A DNA stretch of 63,929 nucleotides, counting the filler, from Lama guanicoe (Eukaryota), in assembly GCA_013239625.1 (NCBI GenBank). It is 202 parts of 202 records of this genome, joined end to end, with 100 filler letters (N's around TTAATTAATTAA, not from the genome) between each part and the next. Parts side by side here need not be neighbours in the genome. Positions count along the whole stretch, not along the records: positions 1 to 217 come from PNXV01038882.1; positions 318 to 534 come from PNXV01038883.1; positions 635 to 851 come from PNXV01038884.1; positions 952 to 1,168 come from PNXV01038885.1; positions 1,269 to 1,485 come from PNXV01038886.1; positions 1,586 to 1,802 come from PNXV01038887.1; positions 1,903 to 2,119 come from PNXV01038888.1; positions 2,220 to 2,436 come from PNXV01038889.1; 194 more parts are not named here. One strand, given 5' to 3'. Below the pieces are notes generated by a model. The model was given only the letters and a program-made list of their open reading frames with translations. It did not search any database and was not told the origin of the DNA. Positions 1 through 10,527 of this stretch are shown here, piece after piece (within the stretch, counting starts at the first letter, position 1; each line of letters starts with the position of its first letter). Made by a program: the position numbers and the translations under genes.

Positions 1-217
1 CAGCCTTATTTTCCCTCAAGAAGTAGGAAACAGAGCTACGAAACACCTGTGGACCTGACTATGCCCCTTGGGAGAAGACAGGAAAACCACTGACATGTTA
101 CCCAGCCTTAGAGTTAGAAATCAGAGAAAACTAAGGACGGAGCCACGTGGCCAAGGCGAGAGCTGAGCGTGTTACCTGCACAAAGGCACAGGATGGGCTT
201 CCTCTCTTCTGCTCCCC

Positions 218-317
218 NNNNNNNNNNNNNNNNNNNNNNNNNNNNNNNNNNNNNNNNNNNNTTAATTAATTAANNNNNNNNNNNNNNNNNNNNNNNNNNN
301 NNNNNNNNNNNNNNNNN
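218..317. other. Synthetic linker N44-TTAATTAATTAA-N44 (first of 201 copies; 12-mer at 262-273)
   Basis: Palindromic 12-mer with TAA at positions 2, 6 and 10, giving stops in all six frames; invariant N-run lengths. Confidence 0.99.
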
Positions 318-951
318 CCACCAAAATTGCTTCCCATTCACACCGAGGCAGCCAGGAGAGCAGCACAATTTACGCAGCAGACGAACCGCGAGCAGAGCCA
401 GGAGGCACATCAGAGGGGCTGACGCAGTCCCCTGGATTACAATAAAGTCACCCTCGCATCTCATTTTCAACCATAGCTGCATCTAAAGTCCTTAATTTCT
501 TCTTTTCCTTGATGAAGCTCTTAACCACAAACCANNNNNNNNNNNNNNNNNNNNNNNNNNNNNNNNNNNNNNNNNNNNTTAATTAATTAANNNNNNNNNN
601 NNNNNNNNNNNNNNNNNNNNNNNNNNNNNNNNNNGCAGGTGTCTTCATTTTGAAACATCTTTGAGAATTTTGGGCCCTTAAAAATCTACCACAGAGCTTC
701 TTACTAAAAAACAAGGATTCTATTCCTATTCACACAGGTTCAGAGCCACAACATGAGTTTCGTATATTTCAAAATCATCAGGGAAAAGAGTTTTGAAGGA
801 AAAAATACCGAGGCAGCAAAAGAAATGAGCTCTAACTAGAATCTGGATTTTNNNNNNNNNNNNNNNNNNNNNNNNNNNNNNNNNNNNNNNNNNNNTTAAT
901 TAATTAANNNNNNNNNNNNNNNNNNNNNNNNNNNNNNNNNNNNNNNNNNNN

Positions 952-1168
952 TCCTGGAGGAGGAACACGGCCTGGGGTCTGGGCCGCCGCTTGCCCTCGG
1001 CTCGGCTGCCGCTGCCGGGCAGTTAAGGGGGCGCTAGTGGGGGCCGCTGCTCAGGGAGCCGGCGGGTGACGCCTGGGCTGTGCAGCTGGGAAGGCGCACA
1101 GGGAGGGGTGCGGAGGTGCGGTCCCGGCCGCGCGTCCCGCTAGGACCCTGAGGCGGGTCCCAGCCGCC
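952..1168. promoter_or_regulatory. CpG-island fragment
   Basis: Very GC- and CpG-rich compared with the CpG-depleted background fragments. Confidence 0.6.
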
Positions 1169-2536
1169 NNNNNNNNNNNNNNNNNNNNNNNNNNNNNNNN
1201 NNNNNNNNNNNNTTAATTAATTAANNNNNNNNNNNNNNNNNNNNNNNNNNNNNNNNNNNNNNNNNNNNGAAGGAAGGAGTTCAGACAGTGAGTTCCCTTT
1301 CAGTGGAGGAGTAGGAGCAGTTGAAAGATTCAAAGAAGGAAATCCATTTGAGGTGGTATTACAAACCCCGTCAGGACACACAGGAGCATTCAAGGTGACT
1401 TTCTCTGTCTGAAAACTTAAGACCCTTAAGGTCTTTTCATCTCCTGGGCAATGCAAGTGAAAATTCAAAATACAGCTGCAAAACTNNNNNNNNNNNNNNN
1501 NNNNNNNNNNNNNNNNNNNNNNNNNNNNNTTAATTAATTAANNNNNNNNNNNNNNNNNNNNNNNNNNNNNNNNNNNNNNNNNNNNGTATATAAAGTAACA
1601 AACCATCTGTGCAGTTGTTTACACAAAGAAGTAGACAGTAACAATTTCTAAATGTAGAGTGAACACACCTGTATAACTTCCGCCCATAGAAAGAAACAGG
1701 CATTTCTAGCGCTCCAAACGTAGCCATGTACCCTGGCATAAATCCGCTCTTGCGGGTGTAACCACCATGGCTGAATTTTGCTCAAAATTTTGACTTTACA
1801 TTNNNNNNNNNNNNNNNNNNNNNNNNNNNNNNNNNNNNNNNNNNNNTTAATTAATTAANNNNNNNNNNNNNNNNNNNNNNNNNNNNNNNNNNNNNNNNNN
1901 NNTCCCTTTTGTGTCATTTTACCTGGAACCTAAGTTCCATGGTTAAGCATATTATTAAGACAGGTTGGGAAAATACGTGGAAAAGGAGACAACTATTGTT
2001 ATGGTCAGCTTTGACTCATCTTGAGTTATTTACTAGAACCAGCAAAGGGACATAATTTCCCTGAGCCGGAAGGATCTGCACCTGCTTTCCAGGGTGAATC
2101 AGATTTCCTTAATCAAGGANNNNNNNNNNNNNNNNNNNNNNNNNNNNNNNNNNNNNNNNNNNNTTAATTAATTAANNNNNNNNNNNNNNNNNNNNNNNNN
2201 NNNNNNNNNNNNNNNNNNNCCCTGACAGCACCCAGCACCGGAGCCCTCCCTTCCGCAACGTCTTTGACCGAGGTGGGGGCGGGGCCTGGGTCTGGATAGC
2301 ACTGTCTAGAAGGCCAGCTTGGTGGAAGGAGATTGGATCACAAAGGGAAAGACAGGAGCCTAGGGGAGCTTCCAGCCAGGAATCTGGAGACTTTCTCCAC
2401 TGCAAAAAGAGGGTCCTTACAAGCCTGAAGACCCACNNNNNNNNNNNNNNNNNNNNNNNNNNNNNNNNNNNNNNNNNNNNTTAATTAATTAANNNNNNNN
2501 NNNNNNNNNNNNNNNNNNNNNNNNNNNNNNNNNNNN

Positions 2537-2612
2537 CAGCCAGGAGGATGACCCACCAGGGGACTCCTTCTGCCACCACCGCCACAGGGTCCAAGTATAC
2601 CATCACAAGGAT
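2537..2612 (-). CDS. ITGA7: Integrin alpha-7, 5' part of the juxtamembrane/transmembrane exon
   Basis: After the acceptor ccctccccag it reads ILVMVYLDPVAVVAEGVPWWVILLA, matching recalled ITGA7 IPVMVYLDPMAVVAEGVPWWVILLA. Confidence 0.95.
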
Positions 2613-2700
2613 CTGGGGAGGGAGGGGTTCGCAGAACGAGGGTGGGCCCGGCAGGAGAGGAGAGATGCCCCGGCCCTTCCTCCCCAGCCCTGCAGCTCAC
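2613..2700 (-). other. ITGA7: Complete 88-bp GT-AG intron of ITGA7 (phase 0)
   Basis: gtgagctg...ccctccccag between two in-frame exons. Confidence 0.92.
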
Positions 2701-2753
2701 CACTGTGGAGGCGTCTGTGAGCAGCAGGTTCTTGATGGAGGACTTCACGGTGA
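2701..2753 (-). CDS. ITGA7: Integrin alpha-7, 3' part of the preceding exon
   Basis: Reads TVKSSIKNLLLTDASTV then a gtgagc donor; recalled human sequence is ITVKSSIKNLMLRDASTV. Confidence 0.95.
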
Positions 2754-3844
2754 NNNNNNNNNNNNNNNNNNNNNNNNNNNNNNNNNNNNNNNNNNNNTTA
2801 ATTAATTAANNNNNNNNNNNNNNNNNNNNNNNNNNNNNNNNNNNNNNNNNNNNAGAACCTCAGACATAGGTCACATAGGCAGGAGTCTGTATCTTTCATC
2901 CTGTCCTGTCCAGCGTGGGAAAGGGACTCCGAGATTGCCCCACATGAAAGTCTACTCATTTTACTAAGACATACATTTGCTTGCCTTAAGAAACTGGGAG
3001 AGGGTCGGGGTAAATTAGGGGAGGGTGTTGAGAAACCGGGAAAGACTAAGCATCTGATGATGTCATTTCANNNNNNNNNNNNNNNNNNNNNNNNNNNNNN
3101 NNNNNNNNNNNNNNTTAATTAATTAANNNNNNNNNNNNNNNNNNNNNNNNNNNNNNNNNNNNNNNNNNNNTACAGATTTCAGAAACAATTTCCAGAAACT
3201 GATGTCTAAAAGAGGGTGGAGTGAAAAAAATGACATTTTGGGCTGAGTGAATGGATGAGTGACATTAAAAAAAGGAGAACAATGAGAAGAAGAGGTTTGG
3301 AAGGAAGGAAAGTGTGAATTCAGGGTTGGGCATGTTGTGCTTGAGATCCTGGAGGCTGGACACATAGCTGTTGGCTCCACTAACGTANNNNNNNNNNNNN
3401 NNNNNNNNNNNNNNNNNNNNNNNNNNNNNNNTTAATTAATTAANNNNNNNNNNNNNNNNNNNNNNNNNNNNNNNNNNNNNNNNNNNNTTTCTCTGTAAAA
3501 CCGAGTTGGAGCTAGGACCTCCCCATATATATGTATATCGTGTATTTTCCCACTGAAAAGAAAACTGTGTGTTCCCAACAAGCCAGGTGATTGAAGGCTT
3601 TCACACACATTCAATTCTCAGAATTGAGCATGTGGAGAGGTGTTCATTCATCTATCATAAATGGAATTTGAAAGCGATGATATTGTCCTATGTTGGTAGG
3701 GAAANNNNNNNNNNNNNNNNNNNNNNNNNNNNNNNNNNNNNNNNNNNNTTAATTAATTAANNNNNNNNNNNNNNNNNNNNNNNNNNNNNNNNNNNNNNNN
3801 NNNNCATTATCCAGCTGTGTTCTTCATTTGTATAGTTTTTGGAG

Positions 3845-3938
3845 AGACAATTGTGTGTGTATCCAAGAGTCATGACAAAAAAAAAGAAAAAGACAATTAC
3901 GTGTGTATCCAAGAGTCATGACAAAAAAAAGAAAAGAC
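3845..3938. repeat. Tandem duplication, unit about 45 bp
   Basis: agacaatt..gtgtgtatccaagagtcatgacaaaaaaaa(a)gaaa occurs twice head-to-tail. Confidence 0.9.
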
Positions 3939-4121
3939 TCTAAGCTAAGACCCACCCAAATGTCAGTCAGTTGAAGAACGACTGAACATGACTATTCCCA
4001 CAGCACAAAAGGGAAAGCAAGNNNNNNNNNNNNNNNNNNNNNNNNNNNNNNNNNNNNNNNNNNNNTTAATTAATTAANNNNNNNNNNNNNNNNNNNNNNN
4101 NNNNNNNNNNNNNNNNNNNNN

Positions 4122-4338
4122 CCCAGTGTGTGAATTGTTTTTTCATTCTCGTAACAGTTCTTTTGAAGAGGAGAAGTTTTAAATTTTGATGAAGTCCAGT
4201 GTGTTCTGTTATGGATTGTGCTTTTGGTGTTGCATCTAAGCTATGTTTGGGTGACACATTATCATGAAGATTTTCTCCAGTGTTTCCCTGTAGAAATTTT
4301 AACATTTTAGGCTGTACATTTAGGTCTATAATAATTTT
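4122..4338 (-). mobile_element. LINE-1 ORF2 3' fragment (old L1M)
   Basis: Minus strand resembles L1 ORF2 (GNTGENLHD..LD.TPKAQ; aaaattaaaacttc motif), degenerate. Confidence 0.8.
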
Positions 4339-4438
4339 NNNNNNNNNNNNNNNNNNNNNNNNNNNNNNNNNNNNNNNNNNNNTTAATTAATTAANNNNNN
4401 NNNNNNNNNNNNNNNNNNNNNNNNNNNNNNNNNNNNNN

Positions 4439-4654
4439 CAGAATATAGAATATAGTAAACGGAAAGCAGTATATATAATGTACAATACAGAATGAATAAC
4501 ACAAAATATAGAAAATAGAATATGATTATAGAAGCCAGATTTAGAACATGAAATGCAGAACACAGAGTTTAGAATATACAATACAGACTACAAAATATAG
4601 AATGTAGAACACAGAATATAGAATAGAGAATAGAGAGTAGAGAACCCAGAATTT
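4439..4654 (+). repeat. Degenerate (AGAATAT)n heptamer satellite
   Basis: 7-bp periodic AGAATAT/AGAATAC/AGAATTT variants across the fragment. Confidence 0.9.
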
Positions 4655-4754
4655 NNNNNNNNNNNNNNNNNNNNNNNNNNNNNNNNNNNNNNNNNNNNTT
4701 AATTAATTAANNNNNNNNNNNNNNNNNNNNNNNNNNNNNNNNNNNNNNNNNNNN

Positions 4755-4971
4755 TAGCCCTCATTCTATTAATGTGATGCATCACATTTATTGATTTGTA
4801 TGTTGAAATATTCCTGCCTCCTAGGGATAAATCCTACGTGACTGTGTTGTATGATCCTTTTATTATGCTGTTGAATTTGGTTTGCTTGTATTTTGTTGAG
4901 AATGTTCGCATCTATGTTCATTAGGGATATTAGGCTGTTGTTTTCTTTTCTTGTAGTGTCCTCATCTGGCT
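4755..4971 (-). mobile_element. LINE-1 ORF2 (RT region) fragment
   Basis: Contains the antisense L1 motifs atttattgatttg.atatgttgaa and ttttgttgagaat.tt.gcatctatgttcat.agggatatt. Confidence 0.88.
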
Positions 4972-6669
4972 NNNNNNNNNNNNNNNNNNNNNNNNNNNNN
5001 NNNNNNNNNNNNNNNTTAATTAATTAANNNNNNNNNNNNNNNNNNNNNNNNNNNNNNNNNNNNNNNNNNNNAAATAATGACAAGTTGATAAATCAAAAAA
5101 TGTGACCCAGACGTGACAATGATTAGCTTTCTTTGATTTGATTTTTGAACTAATTTTAGGCTTATAGACAGTTGTAAAAATACTAAAAACAATGCTTAGG
5201 TATGCCTCACCCAGCTACTTCTAATGTCGACAACCTACATAACTATGAACGTGTTCAGACCAGGAATTAACACTATTGGTACGACACTNNNNNNNNNNNN
5301 NNNNNNNNNNNNNNNNNNNNNNNNNNNNNNNNTTAATTAATTAANNNNNNNNNNNNNNNNNNNNNNNNNNNNNNNNNNNNNNNNNNNNTACGCCGTTTTC
5401 CACAGCAAACTGCTTTTACTTTGAAACCGGTGTTAGGCAACATGCTGAGAATTCAGAGAATGTGTTTCTACATGTCACACTTCCCTTTATGCTGGATGAA
5501 GGAACGCCTCTCCACATGATCACTTTTGAGATCTGTATGTTTGTTGGAGCCGCCCTTCACCTTCATTGTTTGATAATGCAGTCTTTTTAGCCTAGGAGAA
5601 CTACANNNNNNNNNNNNNNNNNNNNNNNNNNNNNNNNNNNNNNNNNNNNTTAATTAATTAANNNNNNNNNNNNNNNNNNNNNNNNNNNNNNNNNNNNNNN
5701 NNNNNATTTCATCTGCAGGCTTGCTGAGTAGTATATGCCCTCACTCACATGGGATAGCAAAGGTAGTTAAAGAAAGTAAAAAGAATAATTATTATTTAGT
5801 TCAAGTGATTCTTAAAATTCCTTAAACATGGGGGTAGAAAACATTAAGTGCATTTAACTTAAAACTATTCTAGTCTTAAAGTCTGGCTCTTAGGAACAGA
5901 CTCAAGACATTTATAATGACAANNNNNNNNNNNNNNNNNNNNNNNNNNNNNNNNNNNNNNNNNNNNTTAATTAATTAANNNNNNNNNNNNNNNNNNNNNN
6001 NNNNNNNNNNNNNNNNNNNNNNGGCATTTTTGTTTGCACCTTGCACTGACTCCACCACTGCTAGAGAGAAATTCAAAATTGGTCTATTGTCTTGGGAGAA
6101 TCAATTACATTTTCGTGAGAAAAAAAGAACTGATTTAAAGGAGACTGGAGAATTATCCCCAAAATGTAATTGTAGGAACTTCCTGTGGCCCTCATTTGCG
6201 TTACTAATTAGGAGATGGCTCCCATATTATTGCTCCCAANNNNNNNNNNNNNNNNNNNNNNNNNNNNNNNNNNNNNNNNNNNNTTAATTAATTAANNNNN
6301 NNNNNNNNNNNNNNNNNNNNNNNNNNNNNNNNNNNNNNNATTTATATGTGCACTGTGGTATCCTTTTAACTCATTAGCAGTGAATGATGCTGTGTGTTTG
6401 CAACTGTGTTTTGCTGTATAACTATTTTTTAATCACAGTATTTCTTGGTAAAACTGCCTTATGCTCCCATTTTCTTCCTGTCTGTGTAAAGTAGAAAGGA
6501 ATGGGTTCTCCTGGCCTGCACCCAGACGCAAGTCACAGCAGAAAGGGACCTGCAAANNNNNNNNNNNNNNNNNNNNNNNNNNNNNNNNNNNNNNNNNNNN
6601 TTAATTAATTAANNNNNNNNNNNNNNNNNNNNNNNNNNNNNNNNNNNNNNNNNNNNAACAACCGGCCGC

Positions 6670-6778
6670 ACCGCGGCCTTGGGGTCCGGCCTCCGAACTG
6701 GGGAGAAAATCAGTTTCTGTTGTTTAAGCCACCCAGTCAGTGCGACGCTGTCACAGCAGCCCTCGGCAAACTAATATA
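6670..6778 (+). mobile_element. MaLR LTR (MLT1) 3' end
   Basis: tttctgttgtttaagccacccagt...acagcagccct.g.aaactaata.a, the typical MLT1 terminus. Confidence 0.8.
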
Positions 6779-6973
6779 ATAGGCACGGCTTCCAGGAAAG
6801 CTGAATGCTCCCCGGATATTTCCATGTGTGTACACACAAACCCCTTAAGCTCTAACCAGCTGAGCTCAGCAGANNNNNNNNNNNNNNNNNNNNNNNNNNN
6901 NNNNNNNNNNNNNNNNNTTAATTAATTAANNNNNNNNNNNNNNNNNNNNNNNNNNNNNNNNNNNNNNNNNNNN

Positions 6974-7190
6974 AATCTTTAAACACCAAATGATGGAACT
7001 GAATGATCCCTGGAGTCCTCCTGATGAAGTTGGCACAAATAAACAATCAAGGTGCGGCATCTTGTCTACAGACTGATTTATTTGTTCTGCAGCCTCCTGT
7101 GTTACAAGGTTTTGGAAGAGTTTCCACATTTGAAAAATGAGGGATTTCCTATGAAAATCTGTACCTCCAGCCTTGTTGAGATGTTGGATT
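6974..7190. repeat. Bubble/haplotype arm; partner at 45327-45543
   Basis: Identical except at offsets 14, 50, 82, 120 and 168. Confidence 0.95.
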
Positions 7191-7924
7191 NNNNNNNNNN
7201 NNNNNNNNNNNNNNNNNNNNNNNNNNNNNNNNNNTTAATTAATTAANNNNNNNNNNNNNNNNNNNNNNNNNNNNNNNNNNNNNNNNNNNNTATATATATT
7301 TATTTCTGGGGATTGACAAATTTTTATCGAGATGCCTAATATATCTATGAAAACTGTCCTTCAACCTAGGCAAAACTGCTGGGGCTGTTCAGACCCATTC
7401 CTGCACATAAGGGGTCTCTTAAGTTCTTTACCTCACTGCAGATGATGGAAGCAGTTCATTCTGCTGTCTCCTGACCGAGGTGGATGTAAATTAATTAACA
7501 ACTTAATNNNNNNNNNNNNNNNNNNNNNNNNNNNNNNNNNNNNNNNNNNNNTTAATTAATTAANNNNNNNNNNNNNNNNNNNNNNNNNNNNNNNNNNNNN
7601 NNNNNNNCAACTTGCTGCTGGTTTTTGGAGGCCAGAACCTCACCCAGGACGAAACAGCTCTTTGGGGCAAAGGAGGAGAAGGGAGGGAAGGGGAGAGAGA
7701 CAGCATATTATTGAGCTCCTTCTAAGTGCAGGTGGTCTGCAGGGAATCCTACACACATTGTCTGATTTTATTTCCCCTCCTACTAGATCATTAGGTGTGT
7801 GTTGTGGCTTCCATCTGACAAGTGNNNNNNNNNNNNNNNNNNNNNNNNNNNNNNNNNNNNNNNNNNNNTTAATTAATTAANNNNNNNNNNNNNNNNNNNN
7901 NNNNNNNNNNNNNNNNNNNNNNNN

Positions 7925-8141
7925 AAAATATACAGATTAAATGCAATCCCTATCAAATTACCAATGACATTTTTCACAGAACTGGAGCAAAGATGTTAAC
8001 ATTTGTATGGAAACACAGAAGACCCCAAATAGTCAAAACAATCTTGAGAAAGAATCACAGAGCTGGGGGAATCATGCTCCCTGACTTCAGACTACCTTAC
8101 AAAGTTACAGTAATCAAAACAGTATAGCACTGACACAAAAA
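7925..8141 (+). mobile_element. LINE-1 ORF2 fragment, frameshifted
   Basis: IYRLNAIPIKLPMTFFTELE, and later AGGIMLPDFRL, match L1 ORF2. Confidence 0.93.
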
Positions 8142-8875
8142 NNNNNNNNNNNNNNNNNNNNNNNNNNNNNNNNNNNNNNNNNNNNTTAATTAATTAANNN
8201 NNNNNNNNNNNNNNNNNNNNNNNNNNNNNNNNNNNNNNNNNTGGAACCGTGCAGCATGTAGCCTGTTTCCCCTCAGCACAGCTCCCCTGACATTCACCTG
8301 GGAGGAGTTACACTTCGATGGTGAAAATCCACACACATAAATGCTCCACGTCTCAGGACCAGACACCTCCCGAGGGATGCATCTCTAATGCTGTCTGACG
8401 CCCTGGCCTACGTCCTGGTGCTGCTCTTCCTTGATCGGCAGTGCCCGGGGCCTCCCCANNNNNNNNNNNNNNNNNNNNNNNNNNNNNNNNNNNNNNNNNN
8501 NNTTAATTAATTAANNNNNNNNNNNNNNNNNNNNNNNNNNNNNNNNNNNNNNNNNNNNAGGTACAAAGAATGCTTTCTGAGGGCCATGATCCAGCTGTGG
8601 GGCAGTGCAGGGGCCGGAGGTCCCAGGCCTGCTGCTCACTCGCAGGGCCTTTGGTCGTGGTCCCATGAAACAGGATCCAGGGTGGTGACCCTGACAAGTA
8701 CCAGTGAATCACTCTGTGTGCACCTGTTTCTCAAGTAAGACCTCACCACTCTGATCTTCATAGATGTGGATTTAANNNNNNNNNNNNNNNNNNNNNNNNN
8801 NNNNNNNNNNNNNNNNNNNTTAATTAATTAANNNNNNNNNNNNNNNNNNNNNNNNNNNNNNNNNNNNNNNNNNNN

Positions 8876-9092
8876 CGCTCCGCTTGGCAGGCATCTCCTC
8901 CACCAGTCCCCTGCCTTGCGCACGCGTCGCACGCGCCGCACGCGTCCCGCGCCCTCGCAGGCCCCGCCCCGCGGCCAATGGGCGGCGCCGCCGCTTATCC
9001 GCCGCTTATCCGCCGTGCGTCGGCCGCCGGCGTCAGTCAGTGCGGGCCGCGGGCTGACGGCTGCAGCTGCTGGCCAGGCCCTCCCGCTCCTT
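8876..9092 (+). promoter_or_regulatory. CpG-island promoter with GC box (8962-8970), CCAAT (8975-8979) and NRF1-like CGCACGCG repeats
   Basis: Motifs read directly in CpG-dense sequence. Confidence 0.7.
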
Positions 9093-9192
9093 NNNNNNNN
9101 NNNNNNNNNNNNNNNNNNNNNNNNNNNNNNNNNNNNTTAATTAATTAANNNNNNNNNNNNNNNNNNNNNNNNNNNNNNNNNNNNNNNNNNNN

Positions 9193-9409
9193 TGTCAGTT
9201 TGACTTTTAGCTAATTTAAAGTTTGATGATGTTTCTGTTAGTCCATGCCGCGAGATGGTCTTGCTCATCAAGAGTGTCACTAGCTCCATAATGAACATAA
9301 CTACCCCTGGCCTGAGGCCATTAAGATACATTTTGCTTTGCATTGGAAATCTATTACTCATCTTAAAAGTCAACATATGCTTTAATGCTAATGAATTGAA
9401 GTGGTATGG
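9193..9409. repeat. Bubble/haplotype arm; partner at 9827-10043
   Basis: Identical except at offsets 50, 100, 125 and 168. Confidence 0.95.
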
Positions 9410-10172
9410 NNNNNNNNNNNNNNNNNNNNNNNNNNNNNNNNNNNNNNNNNNNNTTAATTAATTAANNNNNNNNNNNNNNNNNNNNNNNNNNNNNNNNNNN
9501 NNNNNNNNNTGGGTGCAGGCTTCTAGATATCAGAACAACCTGAAGCAGGACAACTTTAGAGGTACATTTAATCCATCTTCTTCATGAGGTCAAACATTCA
9601 TTAATACAACCCCAATTCTTTACCTTTTATTTACTGGCTATCTTCAAAAACTTGATCTACAATGTACTTTTTCTAGTTATTTGCCAATTTATTTGAACAA
9701 TGGTTTATAAATTATTTTCCACTATANNNNNNNNNNNNNNNNNNNNNNNNNNNNNNNNNNNNNNNNNNNNTTAATTAATTAANNNNNNNNNNNNNNNNNN
9801 NNNNNNNNNNNNNNNNNNNNNNNNNNTGTCAGTTTGACTTTTAGCTAATTTAAAGTTTGATGATGTTTCTGTTAGCCCATGCCGCGAGATGGTCTTGCTC
9901 ATCAAGAGTGTCACTAGCTCCATAACGAACATAACTACCCCTGGCCTGAGTCCATTAAGATACATTTTGCTTTGCATTGGAAATCTATTACTCCTCTTAA
10001 AAGTCAACATATGCTTTAATGCTAATGAATTGAAGTGGTATGGNNNNNNNNNNNNNNNNNNNNNNNNNNNNNNNNNNNNNNNNNNNNTTAATTAATTAAN
10101 NNNNNNNNNNNNNNNNNNNNNNNNNNNNNNNNNNNNNNNNNNNTTTCTAGCTTCAGTGAAAGTTCCACAAAG

Positions 10173-10268
10173 GTAGGGATCTTGTCTGTTTAGTACACAA
10201 GGGTATCAAAAGTACCTGGAAGAGAGCCTGGCATGGAGGAAGTGATCAAAAAATACTTGAATAAATGT
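10173..10268 (+). mobile_element. LINE-2 3' end
   Basis: ggtagggatcttgtctgtt...gcctggca...aaatacttgaataaatg resembles the L2 tail. Confidence 0.65.
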
Positions 10269-10460
10269 AGAAACGACACAGAACCACCAAAAATGTAGAG
10301 AAAAATAAGACCAGGGATTCCTGGGAACAGGAGACATTACCCCACGTATCAGTGAAAGCTNNNNNNNNNNNNNNNNNNNNNNNNNNNNNNNNNNNNNNNN
10401 NNNNTTAATTAATTAANNNNNNNNNNNNNNNNNNNNNNNNNNNNNNNNNNNNNNNNNNNN

Positions 10461-10527
10461 TCTTGCTGACGATGGGGAGAGGGAGGAAGGTGCAGGCGTA
10501 CGTGGTGTCCTCCTCTGGAATGAGGAA
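10461..10527 (-). CDS. MOXD2: Monooxygenase DBH-like 2, partial exon (copper type II monooxygenase N-terminal domain)
   Basis: Acceptor tatccccctccag then FLIPEEDTTYACTFLPLPIVSK; recalled Moxd2 is FLIPEDDTTYACTFLPLPIVSKKHH. Confidence 0.9.

Noticed and set aside
262..273. TTAA piggyBac target sites, PacI sites or programmed DNA-elimination boundaries
   Set aside because: The motif is isolated by 44 Ns on each side and never contiguous with real sequence.
4387..4581. Tyr/Ile/Phe-rich hydrophobic ORFs here and at 39256 and 42743
   Set aside because: They are antisense translations of the (AGAATAT)n satellite.
6974..7190. Minus-strand frame open for 72 codons with LDCLFVPTSSGGL, loosely like PLP-enzyme glycine loops
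   Set aside because: Open frames this long are expected by chance across 202 x 6 frames, three of five differences between the two arms change the amino acid, and no splice or family support was found.
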